From positions 119,158 to 159,157 of the forward strand of contig NZ_CABVII010000016.1 in assembly GCF_902497995.1 (NCBI RefSeq): DNA of 40,000 bases. The letters run 5' to 3'. Source of the stretch: Pseudomonas fluorescens. GTDB taxonomy: Bacteria; Pseudomonadota; Gammaproteobacteria; Pseudomonadales; Pseudomonadaceae. Shown in pieces: positions 35,561 through 40,000 of this stretch (position 1 is the first letter of the stretch; every line of letters starts with the position of its first letter). The notes under the pieces were generated by a model. It was given only the letters and a program-made list of their open reading frames with translations, searched no databases and was not told the DNA's origin. A program made the position numbers and the translations under genes.

Positions 35561-35881
35561 TCAAACGCTGATGGCGAGCAGCACACGACCCGCCTCGACC
35601 CGGACCTGATAGGTCTTGAGGTTGACGCACACCGGTGCGCCGAGGGCTTTGCCGGAGCGGTAGTCGAATCGTCCGTTGTGCTTGGGGCACTCGATGACAT
35701 GCTCCATCACCAGGCCATCGGCGAGGTGGATGGATTCGTGGGTGCATAGCCCAGCCGTGGCGAAAAACTCGCTGTCGGCGGAGCGGTACACGGCATAGGT
35801 GTGCTGTCCATGGTCGAAACGAATGACGTCTTCTTCATTTATCTCGCCCACGGCACATACATCGATCCATTGCTCGGTCAT
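35561..35881 (-). CDS. Rieske-type [2Fe-2S] ferredoxin
   Basis: 106 aa from ATG 35881. CTHESIHL...CPKHNGRF Rieske ligands. The size is typical of oxygenase ferredoxin components. Confidence 0.88.
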   Translation of the reverse strand: MTEQWIDVCAVGEINEEDVIRFDHGQHTYAVYRSADSEFFATAGLCTHESIHLADGLVMEHVIECPKHNGRFDYRSGKALGAPVCVNLKTYQVRVEAGRVLLAISV

Positions 35882-35918
35882 GGCGTTTTCTCTTGTCGGG
35901 GGTACAAACAGGACGGTG

Positions 35919-37031
35919 TCAGGCCGGTGTGACTTCAGCTTGCGCCTGGACGGTTGCGGCAGGCTCGGCGCGCGGTGGCAAAGGCCGACGGACGAAATAC
36001 GTCGGGTCTTTGCGCTGCTTCCAGATGGTCGGGATGATTTCCTTGAAGGCCTCGAACAGACTGGTATAAGGCGGCGGGCAGTCGCGGCGGATCTCCTCGT
36101 GAAGCTGCGCCAGTGCATGAAAAGGCACCATCGGATACATGTGATGCTCAAGGTGATAATTCATGTCGAGGTACATGAAACGCAGCACCGGGTTCATGTA
36201 GATGGTGCGGCAGTTGCTGCGGTGATCGAGCACGTCCTCAGCCAGGCCGACATGCTGCGTCAGGCCGAACAGGTAGGACAGCCAACCGCCATAGAGCGTC
36301 GGCAGACCGATGAACATCAGCGGCAACCAGCTCTGCAGGTACAGCGCAGTGCCCACGACCAGCCCGTAAATCACCAGCCAGACGCGCGCATCCCGCACCA
36401 CTTTGGGCCACTCGGATTCGGGGATGAACGTCTGCTCTTCCTCGCCCATCCGCCCCAGCGCATGCCTGCAGACAGACTTCATGGTGTGCCATGCGTAAGG
36501 CATTCTGAACAGGCTCAGGACCATATTGATCAGGCTCGGCGGACGGGGTTCGACGATCTCCGGATCGCGGCCGACGATGATGGTGTCGGTGTGGTGCCGC
36601 GCATGGCTCCAGCGCCAGACCTGGGGTTCGAACATGAACATGAAGCTCGACAGCTGGTAGATCGCGTCATTCATCCAGCGGGTCTTGAAGGCCGTGCCGT
36701 GTCCCGTTTCATGCCAGCGCGCATTGGACGCCGTGCCATAGAGCAGCCCGTAGACGAAGAAGAACGGAACGCAGGCCCAGGAGCCCCAAAACCAGTAGCC
36801 ACCGAAGCCGGTCACTACCATCGCCGACAGCCAGATCGCGGTATCGCGCAGGGCCGGGCCGTCGCGGCGCTGCATCAGTTCCTTCATGCGTTTTCGGGAA
36901 ATGGGCGATTGGTACCAACTGGCCGATACCAGGCCTTTTTCCGCCGCCCTGGCGGCTTCGGGGCCGGTCAATCGATAATCCCGAGGCCCGGGTTTACCTT
37001 GGTGTTCAAAGGCTGCGTTTCGTTCAGGCAT
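35919..37031 (-). CDS. Membrane di-iron oxygenase of the fatty-acid-desaturase/AlkB-like family (MocD-like)
   Basis: Start moved to ATG 37031 (GGAGA SD); the ORF opens at GTG 37067. Three histidine boxes: HETGH, HARHH, HLEHH. Hydrophobic helices lie between the boxes. Confidence 0.85.
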   Translation of the reverse strand: MPERNAAFEHQGKPGPRDYRLTGPEAARAAEKGLVSASWYQSPISRKRMKELMQRRDGPALRDTAIWLSAMVVTGFGGYWFWGSWACVPFFFVYGLLYGTASNARWHETGHGTAFKTRWMNDAIYQLSSFMFMFEPQVWRWSHARHHTDTIIVGRDPEIVEPRPPSLINMVLSLFRMPYAWHTMKSVCRHALGRMGEEEQTFIPESEWPKVVRDARVWLVIYGLVVGTALYLQSWLPLMFIGLPTLYGGWLSYLFGLTQHVGLAEDVLDHRSNCRTIYMNPVLRFMYLDMNYHLEHHMYPMVPFHALAQLHEEIRRDCPPPYTSLFEAFKEIIPTIWKQRKDPTYFVRRPLPPRAEPAATVQAQAEVTPA

Positions 37032-37175
37032 TTTATTATTCTCCGCAAGCTTGATGGTTTGAGTCACTTGCCTGGATGCGGGGTGGCATCGCTGGAGAAA
37101 ATATAGAGAGCGCGCAAATCACCCTCAAGCCCTTGAATACATTCCCTATCAAGCTATCATCCAGGCCCAGCAAGG

Positions 37176-37195
37176 CTTGATAGTTTTCTATCAAG
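37176..37195. promoter_or_regulatory. Candidate LacI-family operator CTTGATAG-TTTT-CTATCAAG
   Basis: Perfect 8-bp arms, 19 nt upstream of the LacI-family gene. Related half-sites lie at 37129-37153 (CTTGAATA-N6-CTATCAAG). Confidence 0.5.
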
Positions 37196-37213
37196 GCGTT
37201 TTCGGGACCCACC

Positions 37214-38263
37214 ATGAACAACAATAAACGCCCCACCATCGCCACCGTCGCCGAGCACGCGCGCTTGAGCGTGGCCACCGTGGACCGGGTACTCAACGCC
37301 AGGGCACCGGTCAGCCCGGCCACCGCCGAACAGGTGTTCCAGGCCGCCGAAGCGGTCGGTTATTTCGCCGCCCGGCTGATCGGCCAGCGGATCCGCGAAC
37401 GTCGTCCCAGCTATCGTTTCGGCATCCTGCTGCTCGGTACCGCCCAGGCGTTCTATGGCAATCTTGCGGCCGCCATCACCGAGGCCGCGCAGCGACACGC
37501 CGGCGCCAACCTGAGCTGTCGATTTGAATATGTGTTCGATCGCACACCCAGCGCCATCATTGCCCAGATCGAACAACTGGCAGTGCAGTGCGATGGCCTG
37601 GCGGTGGTCAGCTTCGCGCACCCGCTGATCAACGCCGCCATCGCTCAGATCAGAGAGGCCGGCGTACCGGTGATCGCGCTGCTGTCGGACATCGATGAGA
37701 CGGCGAGCGAGCCTTATGTCGGCCTGGATAATCATGAGGTCGGACGCACCATGGGCTGGCTGCTCGCTCACACCTGTGGCGCCCGCAAAGGCAGCATCGG
37801 CGTCCTGCTCGGCGGCCACCGCTTTCTCGGCCACCAGGCCCGACTCGATGGCCTGCACAGCTACCTGACGAAGCACGCTCCGGGGTTGCGGCTACTCGAT
37901 GCGGTGATCAACATGGACAACTGCGACGTCACCGAAGAAGCGACCCTGGAACTCCTGGCGCGCCATGACGACTTGCGCGGGCTGTGCGTGGTCGGAGGGG
38001 GCGGCGACGGCATCATCAGCGCCCTGGCGCAGTTGCCGAAGCGACCGTCGCTGTGCTGTATTTTGCAGGAGTCGACCGAACTGTCGCGCCACGCCCTGGA
38101 CCAGGGCTTGATCAGCCTGGTCATCGACTCCCAGCCACGCCTGATGGCGACAGCACTGGTCGACTTGCTGGTCGAGCTGCAGACCTCGCCGGCGTTCGAC
38201 CCGCTACGGCATCGAATCCATGTTCCGTTGCAGATCATGACCTCGGAGAACGCCCGGGCCTGA
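37214..38263 (+). CDS. LacI family transcriptional regulator
   Basis: N-terminal HTH TIATVAEHARLSVATVDRVLN followed by a periplasmic-binding-protein-like sugar-binding fold. 349 aa. Confidence 0.9.
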   Translation: MNNNKRPTIATVAEHARLSVATVDRVLNARAPVSPATAEQVFQAAEAVGYFAARLIGQRIRERRPSYRFGILLLGTAQAFYGNLAAAITEAAQRHAGANLSCRFEYVFDRTPSAIIAQIEQLAVQCDGLAVVSFAHPLINAAIAQIREAGVPVIALLSDIDETASEPYVGLDNHEVGRTMGWLLAHTCGARKGSIGVLLGGHRFLGHQARLDGLHSYLTKHAPGLRLLDAVINMDNCDVTEEATLELLARHDDLRGLCVVGGGGDGIISALAQLPKRPSLCCILQESTELSRHALDQGLISLVIDSQPRLMATALVDLLVELQTSPAFDPLRHRIHVPLQIMTSENARA

Positions 38264-38273
38264 CACGGTGAGC

Positions 38274-38295
38274 GGCCCCGTCAGCGCTCGGGGCC
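38274..38295. terminator. GC hairpin between convergent LacI and activator genes
   Basis: GGCCCCG-N8-CGGGGCC. It overlaps the last codons of the minus-strand gene and has no clear U-tract. Confidence 0.35.
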
Positions 38296-40000
38296 GGCAC
38301 GGAACGCGTCGGCACTCAGGCCGAACCGGGTCATCTTGTTGTACAGCCCGCCCCGGGAAACGTTCAGTTGCCTGGCGGCCAGGCGGATGTTGCCGCGGGT
38401 GTCCGTGAGGGCTGCGATGATCGCATTCATTTCATGGGTGCCGAGGTCCGGGGCGGCCTGAGGTGCAGGCAAGCTCCCCGGCGCCGACGGCCGTAGTCGT
38501 TGCTTGATTTCCAGCGGCAGATCCTCTGGCTGGATCAGCGCGGTCGTCGCCAGATTGGTCGCGCGCTCGATGGTGTTTTCCAGCTCGCGAACATTGCCCG
38601 GCCAGCCGTAGGCCGCAAGAATTTCCAGGGCCTGGGGCGAGATGCCCTGTACCGATTTGCGCAGCGACCGGGCACACCGCCCGAGAAAATGTCGCGCCAG
38701 CAAGGGAATATCTTCCCGGCGCATCCGCAACGGCGGCACCGTCAGGTTCAGGACGTTGAGCCGGTAGTAAAGGTCCTCACGGAAGGCGCCCTCGGCCACG
38801 GCCTGGCTCAGGTTGCGGTGGGTGGCGGCGATGATGCGCACATCCACCTGCTGGGATTTTTTTGCGCCCACCCGCGTCACCTCACCTTCTTGCAAAACCC
38901 GCAGCAGGCTGACCTGGGCATCGAACGCCATGTCACCGATTTCGTCGAGGAAGATGGTGCCGCCATCGGCCAGTTCGAACTTGCCGGCAGAGCCGCCGCG
39001 GGCCGATCCGGTGAAGGCGCCCTCGACATGCCCGAACAGTTCGCTCTGCACCAGATCCCGCGGAATGGCCCCGCAATTGACCGCCACGAACGGGCCGCTG
39101 CAACGTTCGCTGGCGTTGTGGATGGCCTGGGCGAACAGCTCCTTGCCGGTCCCGCTTTCACCGAGGATCAGCGTGGTCGAATCACTGCGACTGGCGATCC
39201 GCCCCAGGTGCAACGCGTCCTGGATCGCCCGCGAACTGCCCTGGATGGTCTCGAAGGTGTAGCTGGCTTGAGTGCCGATGAGACGCCGGGTAATTTCGCG
39301 GATACGCCGGTTCTCGCGCAACGAGACAATGCGCCCACCCTGCTCCAGTGCGCACACCGACACCAGGCACGCCAGCTGGCTGCGATCATGCAGCTCGAAG
39401 GTGCATTCCAGGTCTCTTATCCCTTCATACTGCTGCCCTTCCCCGCCGCGCCGCAGCATCTCATCGGTCAGTTCGCTCTGGCCCAGGCGCTGGAACGGGC
39501 TGCCCAGCAGATCGCGGCCGACGCGGAACAACTGCCGGGCATAGCGATTGAGCGCCTTGATGCAGCCCCGCTCATCCAGCACCACCAGGCCCTCGTTGAG
39601 CACTTCCAGCACGGTTTGCTGCTCTTCGAGCAAGGCCTGCAACGCCATCTGCCGCGCGACCGCTTCGGCCGCCGCCTGGACGGTGCCGAGGGTGTGGAAA
39701 TGAAACCAGCCCGGCTCCGCGGTCAGGGTCAGCATGGCGAGGGTCCTGCCCTGAGCATCGCGGATCGGCGCGGCGGCACAATGCATGCGACGCCGGCGCA
39801 GGCCGCTGCCGAAATTTTCCTCGGCCAGCACATACACCAGTCGATCTTCGGCAAGCGCCAGTCCCGTGCAATTGGTGCCCTGTACCGACTCCAGCAGCCG
39901 GCTGCCTACAGGCGTAAGGTCCAGGCCGCAGAAATACAGGGTCGTGCCGTCGGCGTCGGTCAGGTTGATGTGGCCCCTGGGGTTGTAGGCCAGCAAGCCG
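38281..40000 (-). CDS. Sigma-54-dependent transcriptional activator, AcoR-type (N-terminally truncated by the window edge)
   Basis: AAA+ core GESGTGKELFAQAIH. GAFTGS (GAFTGA variant). C-terminal Fis-type HTH AARQLNVSRGGLYNKMTRFGL. GAF-like N-terminal sensory region. The frame is still open at position 40000. Confidence 0.88.
   Translation of the reverse strand, partial: GLLAYNPRGHINLTDADGTTLYFCGLDLTPVGSRLLESVQGTNCTGLALAEDRLVYVLAEENFGSGLRRRRMHCAAAPIRDAQGRTLAMLTLTAEPGWFHFHTLGTVQAAAEAVARQMALQALLEEQQTVLEVLNEGLVVLDERGCIKALNRYARQLFRVGRDLLGSPFQRLGQSELTDEMLRRGGEGQQYEGIRDLECTFELHDRSQLACLVSVCALEQGGRIVSLRENRRIREITRRLIGTQASYTFETIQGSSRAIQDALHLGRIASRSDSTTLILGESGTGKELFAQAIHNASERCSGPFVAVNCGAIPRDLVQSELFGHVEGAFTGSARGGSAGKFELADGGTIFLDEIGDMAFDAQVSLLRVLQEGEVTRVGAKKSQQVDVRIIAATHRNLSQAVAEGAFREDLYYRLNVLNLTVPPLRMRREDIPLLARHFLGRCARSLRKSVQGISPQALEILAAYGWPGNVRELENTIERATNLATTALIQPEDLPLEIKQRLRPSAPGSLPAPQAAPDLGTHEMNAIIAALTDTRGNIRLAARQLNVSRGGLYNKMTRFGLSADAFRAGPER

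Noticed and set aside
37013-37021. Third occurrence of CTGCGTTTC (the core of the shared upstream motif).
   Set aside because: It lies inside the first codons of the desaturase-like gene, has no dyad partner and has no sigma-54 promoter nearby. A 9-mer match is within chance expectation for 40 kb on two strands.
37084-37098. TGGCAT-CGCTG-GAGA upstream of the LacI-family gene.
   Set aside because: There is no GC at the -12 position, so it is not a credible sigma-54 promoter.

Overview
This 40-kb high-GC segment looks like a Pseudomonas (fluorescens/putida-type) chromosome. The basis is REP-like palindromes (TGTAGGAGCGAGGCTTGCCCGCGAAG and TGTGGGAGCGGG types), sigma-54 promoter architecture and gene content. 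All calls come from reading the sequence and ORF translations by eye; no searches, HMMs or statistics were run. The window splits into three zones. (1) 1-5.4 kb holds ordinary genes: a secreted cupin, an NmrA-like SDR, a CadC/OmpR-type winged-helix plus TPR regulator, a DUF1624-like membrane protein and a P-loop kinase. (2) 5.4-11.7 kb is a patchy, visibly AT-richer accessory zone. It contains a 1.65-kb islet bracketed by ~125-bp direct repeats, carrying a membrane-anchored pYEATS-like protein, an odd hairpin/tandem-repeat element and a GNAT. It also contains an ABC exporter, an orphan HNH_2-type nuclease with an unassigned N-terminal half, a ~630-bp coding desert with structured elements, and a small DUF6124/DUF3077-like gene. 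(3) 11.7-40 kb is a catabolic super-locus. It starts with an iron-type alcohol dehydrogenase. Next is a sigma-54-driven, translationally coupled ~14-kb operon: a NitT/TauT-type ABC importer, 2 SDRs, a cupin, a hydrolase, an embedded IclR, a TPP enzyme, an aspartate-dehydrogenase-like protein, an ALDH, a VOC dioxygenase, and a Rieske oxygenase with a PDR-type reductase. A second sigma-54 promoter sits in front of a porin gene, followed by an MFS transporter with a periplasmic insert and a long amidase. A LacI-controlled MocD/E/F-like cluster follows (membrane di-iron oxygenase, Rieske ferredoxin, reductase, TIM barrel). The window ends in a truncated AcoR-type sigma-54 activator. The leads I rate highest are the moc-like oxygenase cluster, the shared upstream motif linking the two sigma-54 promoters, the unknown-substrate operon, and the repeat-bracketed pYEATS islet.
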